Origin: an uncultured Clostridia bacterium
Lineage (GTDB): Bacteria; Bacillota; Clostridia; TANB77; CAG-508
Assembly (NCBI GenBank): GCA_934154805.1
Contig: CAKPGM010000009.1
Coordinates: forward strand, 372 to 64,371
Reading direction: 5' to 3'
DNA length: 64,000 bases
Part shown: piece after piece, positions 28,476-39,112 of the stretch
Position numbering within the stretch: the stretch's first letter is position 1
How the letters are laid out: every line of letters starts with the position of its first letter
Translations under genes and position numbers: made by a program
The notes under the pieces: generated by a model
Seen by the model: only the letters and a program-made list of their open reading frames with translations
The model's database searches: none
What the model was told of the DNA's origin: nothing

Positions 28476-30329
28476 TTATTTTTTATTCATTTCTGCATAT
28501 CTTTTTATCTTCATAGTAGTCGTTTTTTCAAATTCATCTTTCTTTATTTCAATTTGCTTTACGGCTTTATATGATGTAAGCTTTTTATTGTTTTCTTTTA
28601 CCTTTTCCCATATAATTTTTTGTATTTCCTCTTCTGTTAAATCTTTTCCGTGTAGTTCTTCTATCTTTTTGTAGTCTGGTATTATTTTAGCTGTTATAAT
28701 TAGCTCTTTCTCCTTCTTTTCTTCCTTATCTTTTTCTCCATATACCATACATTCTGAAATTTCTGGAACATCATTTAACATCATTTCTATTTCTTCTGGA
28801 TATATGTTCTTTCCATTTTGTGTTACTATAACATTTTTACTTCTTCCTGTTATATAGATGTATCCATCCTCATCTATTCTTCCTATATCTCCTGAACAGA
28901 AATATCCATCTTGCATTACTGCATTTGTTGCTTCTTCATCTTCATAATATCCAAGCATTACTGTTGGACCTTTTATTAATAGTTCTCCTTCTCCATTCTC
29001 ATTTGGATTTAATACTTTGATTTCAGTATCTTTAACAGCTTTTCCAGTTGAAGCATATCTAGAAGTTTCATATTCTGGTGTTAGTGCCGCTATTGGTGCT
29101 GTTTCTGTAAGTCCATATCCTTGTAAAAATTCTATTCCCATATCTTCAACCCATTTGCAAATCTTTGCATCTATTGGAGCTGCTGCAGATACTATAATTC
29201 TTAAATTGCCTCCCAGGTTATCTAATATCTCTTTAAATACTTTTCTTTTTATATCTATATTAACTGTCTTTAGAACATTTGTAATATGGATCATAGAGTT
29301 TACCATACCTTCTTTTTTGCTCTTCTTTATTGTCTCATTTATTTTCTTATATAGATTTTCTATTAGCAAAGGTACAGCTAACATTGCTGTTGGTTTTGAT
29401 TCTTGCATATCAGGAATTATGTATCTTAGTCCTTCACATATTGCTACTGACGAACCAGTTGCAAATGGTAATAAGAATCCTATTGTTGATTCATATGTAT
29501 GATGTAATGGTAAAATTGAGAACAATCTATCTGCCGGAGTTAACCTTACATATGCAAATACTGCATTTATATTTGCAGCTAAGTTTCTACTACATATCAT
29601 TACTCCTTTTGATTTTGAAGTTGTTCCTGATGTGAATATTAACATCTTAAATTCTTCTGGATCTATTTCTATGTCCATAAACTCTGTACTACCATTATCT
29701 AATATTTCTTTTCCTTCTTTTATTAGATAATTCATTCCCATATGTTTATCAACTATATAATCATCTGAATCCATTTCTATAAAATATTTTACCGTTGGAA
29801 CATTTCCCTCGATTTTTTTAATTGCATCTTTCTTTTTTGCAGAATAGATTATAGCTGTTGCTTTTGATCTATTTACAACATTCTCTAATTCATTATCAGG
29901 TAATTCTTTATCTACTGGAACTGCAACAGTGTCTCCACAAAGTAAAGTCATATATGACACATACCATTGATAAGTAGTTTCACTTACTATTATAACTTTT
30001 GCTTTTTTAGGAAGCATCTTTAATAACTTTGTTCCAAATGCAACAACATCTTCGCCAAATTGTTTATATGTGATTTCTTTATATGGTTCTTTATGACTTG
30101 GTTTTTGTAGAATTAGAGTATTGTCTGAATACTTTTTCATAGATTCTACAAATATGTCTTTTACAGTTGTAAAAGTTCCTGCGTCATAAGGTTGTTTTCT
30201 ACTTTTCTTTTCTCCAGCTTCTTTTACTTTTTCATAATCTACCTTTACTTTTTCTATATCAGGGATGTCATTCATCTCTATTTTCTTCAATTTAAAATTT
30301 GGTATTTTAAAATCTTTTAATATTCTCAT
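28476..30329 (-). CDS. Long-chain fatty acid-CoA ligase (AMP-binding family)
   Basis: 617 aa; AMP-binding motif IFTSGTTSKSKGV, GYGLTET, GDIGRIDEDGYIYITGR. Confidence 0.85.
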   Translation of the reverse strand: MRILKDFKIPNFKLKKIEMNDIPDIEKVKVDYEKVKEAGEKKSRKQPYDAGTFTTVKDIFVESMKKYSDNTLILQKPSHKEPYKEITYKQFGEDVVAFGTKLLKMLPKKAKVIIVSETTYQWYVSYMTLLCGDTVAVPVDKELPDNELENVVNRSKATAIIYSAKKKDAIKKIEGNVPTVKYFIEMDSDDYIVDKHMGMNYLIKEGKEILDNGSTEFMDIEIDPEEFKMLIFTSGTTSKSKGVMICSRNLAANINAVFAYVRLTPADRLFSILPLHHTYESTIGFLLPFATGSSVAICEGLRYIIPDMQESKPTAMLAVPLLIENLYKKINETIKKSKKEGMVNSMIHITNVLKTVNIDIKRKVFKEILDNLGGNLRIIVSAAAPIDAKICKWVEDMGIEFLQGYGLTETAPIAALTPEYETSRYASTGKAVKDTEIKVLNPNENGEGELLIKGPTVMLGYYEDEEATNAVMQDGYFCSGDIGRIDEDGYIYITGRSKNVIVTQNGKNIYPEEIEMMLNDVPEISECMVYGEKDKEEKKEKELIITAKIIPDYKKIEELHGKDLTEEEIQKIIWEKVKENNKKLTSYKAVKQIEIKKDEFEKTTTMKIKRYAEMNKK

Positions 30330-30342
30330 CTTTTTCTCCTAT

Positions 30343-31350
30343 TTATCTTTTTGCTTTTTTTCCGTCTAAAACATCTAAATTATCTAGTGCTTTTCCTGTT
30401 CCAAGTGCAACACAAGATACCGAGTCTTGTGCAACCATTACATTTATTCCTGTACGTTCTTGCAGTAATTTATCTAATCCATCTATTAGACATCCTCCGC
30501 CAGTCATATAAATTCCTCTATCGCTTATGTCTGCTGCAAGTTCTGGTGGTGTTTTTTCTAATATTGAATGTACTGCTTCTACAATCTGTTCTCCAGACTC
30601 TCTTAATGCTTCTAACATTTCACTTGAGTACACTGTTACTGTTTTTGGTAATCCAGTTATCAAGTCTCTGCCTCTTATCTCCATTTCTGCATCTTGAATC
30701 TTTGGATACACACATCCTATATTTATTTTTAAATCTTCAGCTGTTCTCTCTCCAATTATGATGTTATGTTTTTTCTTTATATATTTTATAATAGCCTCGT
30801 CAAAATTATCTCCTGCAACTTTTATAGAAGTACTTATTACAGTTCCTCCTAAAGATAATATGGCTATATCAGTAGTTCCTCCCCCAATATCTACAACCAT
30901 ATTTCCACAAGGTTTTGATATATCTAGTCCTGCGCCTATTGCTGCAGCTAAAGGTTCTTCTATTAAATATACCTTTCTTGCTCCCGCTTGAGTAGCTGCA
31001 TCTATTACTGCTTTTTTCTCAACTTCTGTTACTCTTGAAGGAACACATATCATTATTCTTGGTGCAAATATATATTTTCCGCATACTCTGTTTATAAAAT
31101 ATTTAAGCATTTTTTCTGTTACTGTGTAATCAGATATTACTCCTTCTCTTAGTGGTCTCGTAGCTACTATGTTGCCAGGTGTTCTTCCTAGCATTCTTCT
31201 AGCTTCTTTTCCTACCGCAAGCACATCTCCTGTTTCTTTATCTACCGCAACTACTGATGGTTCTCTTAATACAATTCCTTTTCCCTTTACATATGCTATT
31301 ACAGTTGCTGTTCCTAAGTCTATTCCTATATCTTGTCCAAAATCAAACAT
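30343..31350 (-). CDS. mreB: Rod shape-determining protein MreB/Mbl
   Basis: 335 aa; actin-like ATPase motifs (GIDLGTA, VVDIGGGTTD). Confidence 0.92.
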   Translation of the reverse strand: MFDFGQDIGIDLGTATVIAYVKGKGIVLREPSVVAVDKETGDVLAVGKEARRMLGRTPGNIVATRPLREGVISDYTVTEKMLKYFINRVCGKYIFAPRIMICVPSRVTEVEKKAVIDAATQAGARKVYLIEEPLAAAIGAGLDISKPCGNMVVDIGGGTTDIAILSLGGTVISTSIKVAGDNFDEAIIKYIKKKHNIIIGERTAEDLKINIGCVYPKIQDAEMEIRGRDLITGLPKTVTVYSSEMLEALRESGEQIVEAVHSILEKTPPELAADISDRGIYMTGGGCLIDGLDKLLQERTGINVMVAQDSVSCVALGTGKALDNLDVLDGKKAKR

Positions 31351-31517
31351 TTGAATCTTCCTTTCGATCTTTTTTGTTGCGAAACTATTACAATTATATT
31401 ACATCTTAGCTAAAATTTCAAATGTTTTTCATAATATTATCAAGATTTATATTAAATTTCAAAAAAGATGTATAATTACTTTTTATTATACATCTTTTTT
31501 CCATTTTATATTACATT

Positions 31518-32024
31518 TTATAAGAAATGTTTAATTAAAATAATTGCTGCTAAAAATAATGCTATTTTAGATTGTCCATCATTACTTAATCCTAAATCTT
31601 CAAATTTGATAAGTTCTGATAATCCTTCTTTAACTTCTGCTTTGTCCGTAATTTCAATATTATATTTTACAATATTTTCTGCTCTAAACTCTATTTTAAA
31701 TTCTTTTTCTTCTCCTGCTTTTAGCTCATCAATTTGTATATATTTTGTTAATATTAAAGTTCCTCTTTTAGATATAAAATCTACTTTCATATATTTGGTT
31801 TGTATATCTTCTTGACTTACATTTTTTATTTTTCCATTAACTCTTCCATTAACAAGTGATGCTTCAGCTGTATCTATTGTTACTAGAATTTGATCATTTT
31901 TTATTATAACTCCATCTATTCCTTTGTATGATGCTCTAATATATCCATATGCAGTAACTGTGACAAATATATAGAATAACACAAACCACAAAAGATACTT
32001 GCCAAAAGTTTTCATTCTACCCAT
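31518..32024 (-). CDS. Membrane protein with N- and C-terminal TM helices, hypothetical; downstream of lexA
   Basis: 168 aa; TM near residues 8-27 and 150-166; beta-rich middle; 31 nt after the lexA stop. Confidence 0.6.
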   Translation of the reverse strand: MGRMKTFGKYLLWFVLFYIFVTVTAYGYIRASYKGIDGVIIKNDQILVTIDTAEASLVNGRVNGKIKNVSQEDIQTKYMKVDFISKRGTLILTKYIQIDELKAGEEKEFKIEFRAENIVKYNIEITDKAEVKEGLSELIKFEDLGLSNDGQSKIALFLAAIILIKHFL

Positions 32025-32055
32025 AATATTTTCTCCAATTCAATTCTTAGTCTTA

Positions 32056-32724
32056 TTACATTTTTCTAAATACACCTGCAACTTTTCCTAGTATCTCACA
32101 ATTTGGTACTATTATTGGATCCATTGTACTATTTTCAGGTTGTAATCTTATGTGATCTTTCTCTTTATAGAAGGTTTTTACTGTTGCTTCGTCTTCAATT
32201 AATGCAACAACAATTTGTCCATTTTCTGCTGTGTTTTGTTTCTTAACTAGTATATAGTCGCCATCTAGTATTCCAGCTTCTATCATACTTTCTCCTCTAA
32301 CTGTTAGCATAAAACAAGTACTGTTTCCTATAAAGTCTAATGGTATAGGAAATGTATCTGTGATATTTTCTACTGCTAGTATTGGAGCTCCTGCTGTTAT
32401 CTTTCCTACTACTGGTACATCTACCATTTCTTTTCCTGTATATAGTTCTTTTTCTTGTTTCTTTTCCTCTGTATTTGGTCTATATGGTTTGCCACCTTTA
32501 ATTAGTTGTAAGGTTCTTCCCATTTTATTTTTTCTTGTTATATGTCCTATTTTTTCTAATCTCTCTAAATATGCGTGCACTGTTGCAGTTGATTTTAGTC
32601 CAACAGCTTTACCTATTTCTCTTACAGATGGAGAGTATCCATTTTCTTTTATTTCTTTTTCAATAAACTTTAAAATAGCTTTCTCTCTTTTATTTAATTC
32701 ATTAGGTTTCTTTTTTCTAGACAT
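32056..32724 (-). CDS. lexA: SOS repressor LexA
   Basis: 222 aa; wHTH N-domain, Ala-Gly cleavage site (KITAGAPI), Ser/Lys dyad (RGESM ... KV). Confidence 0.93.
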   Translation of the reverse strand: MSRKKKPNELNKREKAILKFIEKEIKENGYSPSVREIGKAVGLKSTATVHAYLERLEKIGHITRKNKMGRTLQLIKGGKPYRPNTEEKKQEKELYTGKEMVDVPVVGKITAGAPILAVENITDTFPIPLDFIGNSTCFMLTVRGESMIEAGILDGDYILVKKQNTAENGQIVVALIEDEATVKTFYKEKDHIRLQPENSTMDPIIVPNCEILGKVAGVFRKM

Positions 32725-32755
32725 TATTCTTCCTCCTAAATTATTTTATGCAATA

Positions 32756-32795
32756 ATAATATCATAAAAAAGTCAAGATGTCAAACAAAAGTTTG
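32756..32795 (-). promoter_or_regulatory. lexA promoter with overlapping palindromic SOS-box candidate
   Basis: Minus strand TTGACA (32784-32779), 17 nt, TATTAT (32761-32756); perfect palindrome CAAAC-N4-GTTTG at 32782-32795 overlaps the -35 and resembles a degenerate GAAC-N4-GTTC box. Confidence 0.45.
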
Positions 32796-32802
32796 TAAAT
32801 TA

Positions 32803-32855
32803 TAAAAAATTATAACTATTTAGAAATTATTTTTTTATTTTTCTAAATAGTTATA
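32803..32855 (-). terminator. Terminator-like 15-bp AT-rich hairpin after obg
   Basis: tataactatttagaa / ttctaaatagttata (32811-32825 / 32841-32855) followed by a U-rich tract on the minus strand. Confidence 0.55.
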
Positions 32856-32860
32856 TTCTT

Positions 32861-34177
<1,317 letters not shown>

Positions 34178-34194
34178 TCAAAAGATTATCTCCA

Positions 34195-35208
34195 TTAAGC
34201 GAAATAATCTAATTTCATTGCTTTTTTCACTTTTTTCATTGTTTCTTGTGCTTCTTTTCTAGCTTTTTGAGTTCCTTCTATTAAGATTTTATCCACTAAC
34301 TCTGGATGATCTTCATAATATTTTCTTTTTTCTCTTATAGGTTCTAATGTTTTTATAATGTTTTGTGCTAATTGTTTTTTGCAAGCTACACATCCTCTAG
34401 TTCCGGATCTACATTCCTTGCAAACGTTTTCGTATTCTTCTTTTGCTGTGAATAGTTGATGATAATATGCAACCATACATACATCTGGATCTCCTAAATC
34501 ATCTTTCTTTATTCTCTTAGGATCTGTAACAGCGCTCATTACTTTTCTTGTAATTTCTTCTGGTGAGTCTGATAAATAAATAGCATTTCCTAAAGATTTA
34601 CCCATTTTTACATTTCCATCTAATCCTTTTATTCTTTTGCCTGAAGATAGAATTGCCTCTGGTTCTATTAATACTTCTCCATATATAGAATTAAATTTTC
34701 TTACTATTTCTCTACATTGTTCTATTAACGGAAGTTGGTCCTCTCCTACTGGAACTAACTCTCCACTAAATGCTGTTATATCTCCAGCCTGGCTTACAGG
34801 ATAACCTAAAAATCCATATGTTACACTTTCTCCAAATAGTTCTCTTTTTTGTGCTATTTCTGTTTTTACGGTTGGATTTCTTTCTAGTCTGGCTATTGTT
34901 ACTAGATTAGAATAGAATACTGTAAGTTCTGCTATTTCTGGTATCATAGATTGTATAAATATTGTTGACTTTTCTGGATCTATTCCTACTGATAAATAAT
35001 CCTTTACTACTTCTCTTACATTTTTTCTTACTTTATCTGGATTATTAAAGTTGTCTGTTAATGCTTGAACATCTGCTACTAATATGTATGGATCATATAA
35101 ACCTGAGTTCTGCATTTCAACTCTTTTTTGTAAAGATCCAAAATAATGACCTATATGTAATCTTCCTGTTGGTCTATCTCCTGTTAATATTCTCTTTTTA
35201 TTTTCCAT
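34195..35208 (-). CDS. trpS: Tryptophan-tRNA ligase
   Basis: 337 aa; HIGH (RLHIGHY) and KMSKS (KMGKS) motifs; size typical of TrpRS; C-terminal Cys cluster. Confidence 0.9.
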   Translation of the reverse strand: MENKKRILTGDRPTGRLHIGHYFGSLQKRVEMQNSGLYDPYILVADVQALTDNFNNPDKVRKNVREVVKDYLSVGIDPEKSTIFIQSMIPEIAELTVFYSNLVTIARLERNPTVKTEIAQKRELFGESVTYGFLGYPVSQAGDITAFSGELVPVGEDQLPLIEQCREIVRKFNSIYGEVLIEPEAILSSGKRIKGLDGNVKMGKSLGNAIYLSDSPEEITRKVMSAVTDPKRIKKDDLGDPDVCMVAYYHQLFTAKEEYENVCKECRSGTRGCVACKKQLAQNIIKTLEPIREKRKYYEDHPELVDKILIEGTQKARKEAQETMKKVKKAMKLDYFA

Positions 35209-35228
35209 AATAATCTCTTTCCCTTCTC

Positions 35229-36800
35229 TTAATGTAAGTATAAAACTCCTCCTGCGTTTAAGTCTTGTACTCTTTCATCTGTTTCATAATTGTATATCTC
35301 TTTTATTTGTTTCACAATATCTTCATATTGCACGCCTTCATTATAAACTAATATTAGTCCTTTTGATGTATCTTTTTCGCTTAGAACATTTCTAATATTT
35401 TCTTCATCTGCATTGCTGTATTTCATAATATAAGAATTATCTAACTTAGTAAACATATATATGTCATCTAAAAATCTGATATTATTTTCATTAAATACAT
35501 ATAATGCTGGAATGTCTGATTTTTCTTCCATTTTATCAGCTAAATGATTCATTTTTGTGTATGTAAAGTCTAAATGAGCTCCTGTAAATAGTGGCGAGAT
35601 TGTTATTATTGCAAATAATGCTACAGTTGCTATTTTTGCTGTTTTTTGTTTAAAGTTTAGCTCAAATAATCTCGAGAATGCATATATTAAATATATCATT
35701 GATACTGATATTATCGGCATTATATATCTTAGTTCTTTGTATGGTGACATTTTTGCTACTAGTACAAAATATATCGCTGTTGGTATAATTAATAGTTTTG
35801 TTTCATCATTGTCTACAATTGTACCTTTTTTTCTAACATCTAGCACTATAAACAATATTATAAGTGCAACGAAAGTATATCCTACTAGTCCTTTACTTAA
35901 AACATATAGATATACAGCAAGATCCGTGTATAATGTATCGCTATTGAATAGGCTGTTCATTGCCCCTTCGCCTCTATATCCCATGAACATATGCTTAAAT
36001 GAATATGGGAATATTATTAGAGATACAATTGCGGCAACAACAAAGCAAGATATGTATTTTATTAAGTTTTTGTACTCTTTTGCTTTTATGTATTTTACTA
36101 CAAATATTATAAATAGCACTGCCATATATATTAATGTGTAATAATGTGTTAATGAGCTTAATAATGCTACAATTCCAACTGTTACGACATCCTTTATTTC
36201 TAGCTCTTTTTTGTCGTACAATTTCATATGTATGTATGTTAATATTAATATGAATAAATTTGCTAGTTCATACATTCTTATGTATGCTGTTGTGTCTAGC
36301 GCTCCTAAACATAACCCTGATATCAAGCAAGTAAATAATGCTTTTTTCTCGTCTTTAAATACTCTTTTTGATATTAGATATATAAAGATACTTGAAAATA
36401 CATATATAATTATGTTTAGAATTATTCCTGTCCATTTTGTAAATCCATCTATTGTAAATGATGCAGCTATTCTTAGTAGTAAGTAGTATAAAGGTGGATG
36501 TACATCATTTTTTTGGTTCTCATATACTGGTTTTAAGTTCCATACTTCATCACTATTTACTGATAAATAATCTATATAATAATCTTTTGTGTGCCATGTA
36601 TCAAAAAAATCATCATTTTCTGTAATTTGAATTTTGTCATAGTTCATTAATGAGTACGAATATGCTTCATCTATGTGGAAATATTCTTTTTTGTATCCAA
36701 CATAAATTCTCGCCAATATTTGTATTATTATAATTATTGCTAATGATATAATTATAGCTTTTTTGCTTAGTTTTTTACTTAATGATTTTTCTTGTTTCAT
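35229..36800 (-). CDS. GT-C family (PMT_2/ArnT-like) membrane glycosyltransferase, putative
   Basis: 523 aa; ~11 TM helices; DE motif in first loop (FHIDEAYSYS); soluble C-terminal domain. Confidence 0.55.
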   Translation of the reverse strand: MKQEKSLSKKLSKKAIIISLAIIIIIQILARIYVGYKKEYFHIDEAYSYSLMNYDKIQITENDDFFDTWHTKDYYIDYLSVNSDEVWNLKPVYENQKNDVHPPLYYLLLRIAASFTIDGFTKWTGIILNIIIYVFSSIFIYLISKRVFKDEKKALFTCLISGLCLGALDTTAYIRMYELANLFILILTYIHMKLYDKKELEIKDVVTVGIVALLSSLTHYYTLIYMAVLFIIFVVKYIKAKEYKNLIKYISCFVVAAIVSLIIFPYSFKHMFMGYRGEGAMNSLFNSDTLYTDLAVYLYVLSKGLVGYTFVALIILFIVLDVRKKGTIVDNDETKLLIIPTAIYFVLVAKMSPYKELRYIMPIISVSMIYLIYAFSRLFELNFKQKTAKIATVALFAIITISPLFTGAHLDFTYTKMNHLADKMEEKSDIPALYVFNENNIRFLDDIYMFTKLDNSYIMKYSNADEENIRNVLSEKDTSKGLILVYNEGVQYEDIVKQIKEIYNYETDERVQDLNAGGVLYLH

Positions 36801-36889
36801 TTTGTTCCCCTTTTTGTTATTTTTATATGTAATATTTTACCACAAAACCTTGATAATAACAAGGAAATTTTTATTTTTTGCTATTGCAT

Positions 36890-36922
36890 ACAAAAACCCT
36901 AGCATCGTTTGTAATGCTAGGG
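36890..36922 (-). terminator. Intrinsic terminator after rpmA
   Basis: ccctagcat/atgctaggg stem followed by a U-run on the minus strand. Confidence 0.75.
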
Positions 36923-36930
36923 TTTAAATT

Positions 36931-37308
36931 TTATTTGCTTTCTACTTTTTCTTTTTTTGTAGTTGTTGTTTTTTTAGCAGGTGCTTTTTCTGCTTTCTTT
37001 TCTGTTTTTACAGCTTTTGGAGCTTTTGCTTTTTTTGCTTTAGCTTTTAATTCTTCTGCTGTATAAACGCTAACTTGTTTTTTATCTCTTCCAAGTCTTT
37101 CAAATTTAACAGTTCCTGTTACTTTAGCATATAATGTGTCATCACTGCCTATTCCAACATTTTTTCCTGGATGGAATTTTGTTCCTCTTTGTCTTACTAA
37201 TATATTTCCAGCTGGAACTACTTGACCATCAGCTCTTTTTAGTCCCAAACGTTTTGATTCACTATCTCTACCGTTCTTAACACTACCTTGACCTTTTTTG
37301 TGAGCCAT
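36931..37308 (-). CDS. rpmA: 50S ribosomal protein L27 (no N-terminal propeptide; Lys/Ala-rich C-terminal tail)
   Basis: [22 protein letters not shown] start, E. coli-like; ~40-aa tail [25 protein letters not shown]. Confidence 0.95.
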   Translation of the reverse strand: MAHKKGQGSVKNGRDSESKRLGLKRADGQVVPAGNILVRQRGTKFHPGKNVGIGSDDTLYAKVTGTVKFERLGRDKKQVSVYTAEELKAKAKKAKAPKAVKTEKKAEKAPAKKTTTTKKEKVESK

Positions 37309-37352
37309 TTAGTTTCACTCCCTTCATGTTTTGTTTTATAATCTCTTAATTA

Positions 37353-37712
37353 TTATTTTGTTTCTTTTTTAGCTTCTGTCTTTGTTTCTTTCTTTTCAGC
37401 AGCTAATTTTATAGATGTTATTTCAACCTTTGTATATGGTTGTCTATGTCCTTGAGTTCTTCTGTAGTTTTTCTTAGCTTTGTATTTGTAAACTAATATT
37501 TTTTTAGCTTTTCCATGAGCTACTACTTTTCCCTCAACTTTAACACCTTTAACATAAGGAGCTCCAACTTCTATTTTCTTTCCGTCAGATACTAGAACTA
37601 CATTGTCAAAAGAAACTTTTTTTCCTTCTTCTGCTTCTAGTTTTTCGAAGAATACTACATCTCCCTCTGCTACTTTGTATTGTTTTCCACAGCTTTCAAT
37701 TATTGCGTACAT
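37353..37712 (-). CDS. rplU: 50S ribosomal protein L21
   Basis: [14 protein letters not shown] start at ATG 37712 after AGGGAGG; the ORF-track GTG 37724 abuts the SD; Lys-rich tail. Confidence 0.95.
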   Translation of the reverse strand: MYAIIESCGKQYKVAEGDVVFFEKLEAEEGKKVSFDNVVLVSDGKKIEVGAPYVKGVKVEGKVVAHGKAKKILVYKYKAKKNYRRTQGHRQPYTKVEITSIKLAAEKKETKTEAKKETK

Positions 37713-37858
37713 TGTATTGTACACCTCCCTTTATTCGTATACTCGCTAAGCATAAAATTCAAGGCATCTATCTATAATTTTTATTATGATAGAATTTAGT
37801 TGCCCGACCCAGGCGGCTTACAGATAATTATTTTATCACAAAAGAAAATCATTGTCAA
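37713..37858 (-). promoter_or_regulatory. rplU promoter plus ~110-nt structured leader (L21-leader-like)
   Basis: Minus strand TTGACA (37858-37853), 17 nt, TAAAAT (37835-37830); GC-rich element CUGUAAGCCGCCUGGGUCGGGCAAC and pairing segments in the leader. Confidence 0.45.
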
Positions 37859-37903
37859 TGGTTTTTGGCTATTTTAGTACCATCATCAATGATTTTCACT
37901 ATT

Positions 37904-39103
37904 TTATATTTTCTTTCTTGTCATTTCTAATAGATCTAATTGCGTAAATCCTACCACTTGTGTTTTGCTTCTGTCTTTTTTTAGTTCTTTGTCAAGCAAG
38001 TCTAGTATTTGTTTTCTTTCCTCGTCTTTTAGCATATCTATATAATCTATAACAATTATTCCACTTATATTTCTTAGTCTTATTTGCTTTGCTATTTCTA
38101 TCGTTGCTTCTCTGTTTACTCTCAATAATGCTAGTTCTTTGGTTTCTTTGTTTCTTCCTGTATATTTTCCTGAGTTTACGTCTATGGCTGTTAGCGCTTC
38201 TGTTTTATCTATTGTTATAAATCCTCCGCATTTAAGCCATATCTTTCTTTCGTGCATTTTTGCTATTTGACGTTCTAAGTCATGTTTTTTCATTAAGTCA
38301 TTTTCTTGTAAGTGCAGTTCTATGTTTGTCTTTTTTAATTCGCTAATTTGTTCTTTAATTTGTTCAAATACAGCTGTGTTGTTAACCGTTATTTGATTAA
38401 TGTCTGAATCTAGAACTCCTAATAAAAATTTTGATACAATGTTGTAGTTCTCAAATATTAATACTGGTTTGCCTTCTTTTGAAACTTCTTCATATGCGCT
38501 TTTTATTTGTTTCCAGTATTCTATTAATTCTAATATATCTCTTTCTATTTCTTCTTTGCTTTTTTCAGATGCTGCTGTTCTTAATATTAGTCCATACTTT
38601 TCGTCTTTTCCATATTTTTCTAATATTTCGGATGCTACATTCTTTAGTCTTTCTTTTTCTTCTTTGCTTTCTATTTTTTGCGATACTGTTATAAAATTTA
38701 CATTAATTAAAAGTACACAAAATCTGCCTACTAGACTTATGTCTTTTGACACTCTCGCACCTTTTAGGCTTTCTTTATCTTTTTTTATTTGAACAAGTAT
38801 TGGTTCTTTTTGTTTTACAAAATCCTTCATTTTGTATTTCGAATAATCTTCTTCTTTATTTCCTGTTACTTGACTTGTTTTTGGAATTATATCTTTTATA
38901 TGTATAAAAGCATTTTTGCTTTCTCCAATGTCTATAAATGCTGATTGCATATTTGGTAATACATTTCTTACAATTCCACAATATATATTTCCTTCTAATG
39001 TTTTTGTATTGTTTATATTGTCGTATTCTTCTACTAGCTTGCCATTTTCTAATAATGCCACTATTATGCCATTCTCGTCTTTGTTTATTATAATTTCCTT
39101 CAT
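37904..39103 (-). CDS. Ribonuclease G/E family endoribonuclease
   Basis: 399 aa; S1 domain (GNIYCGIVRNVLPNMQSAFIDIG) and RNase E/G catalytic core (TAIDVNSGKY, IIVIDYIDM). Confidence 0.85.
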   Translation of the reverse strand: MKEIIINKDENGIIVALLENGKLVEEYDNINNTKTLEGNIYCGIVRNVLPNMQSAFIDIGESKNAFIHIKDIIPKTSQVTGNKEEDYSKYKMKDFVKQKEPILVQIKKDKESLKGARVSKDISLVGRFCVLLINVNFITVSQKIESKEEKERLKNVASEILEKYGKDEKYGLILRTAASEKSKEEIERDILELIEYWKQIKSAYEEVSKEGKPVLIFENYNIVSKFLLGVLDSDINQITVNNTAVFEQIKEQISELKKTNIELHLQENDLMKKHDLERQIAKMHERKIWLKCGGFITIDKTEALTAIDVNSGKYTGRNKETKELALLRVNREATIEIAKQIRLRNISGIIVIDYIDMLKDEERKQILDLLDKELKKDRSKTQVVGFTQLDLLEMTRKKI

Positions 39104-39112
39104 TGCCTACCT

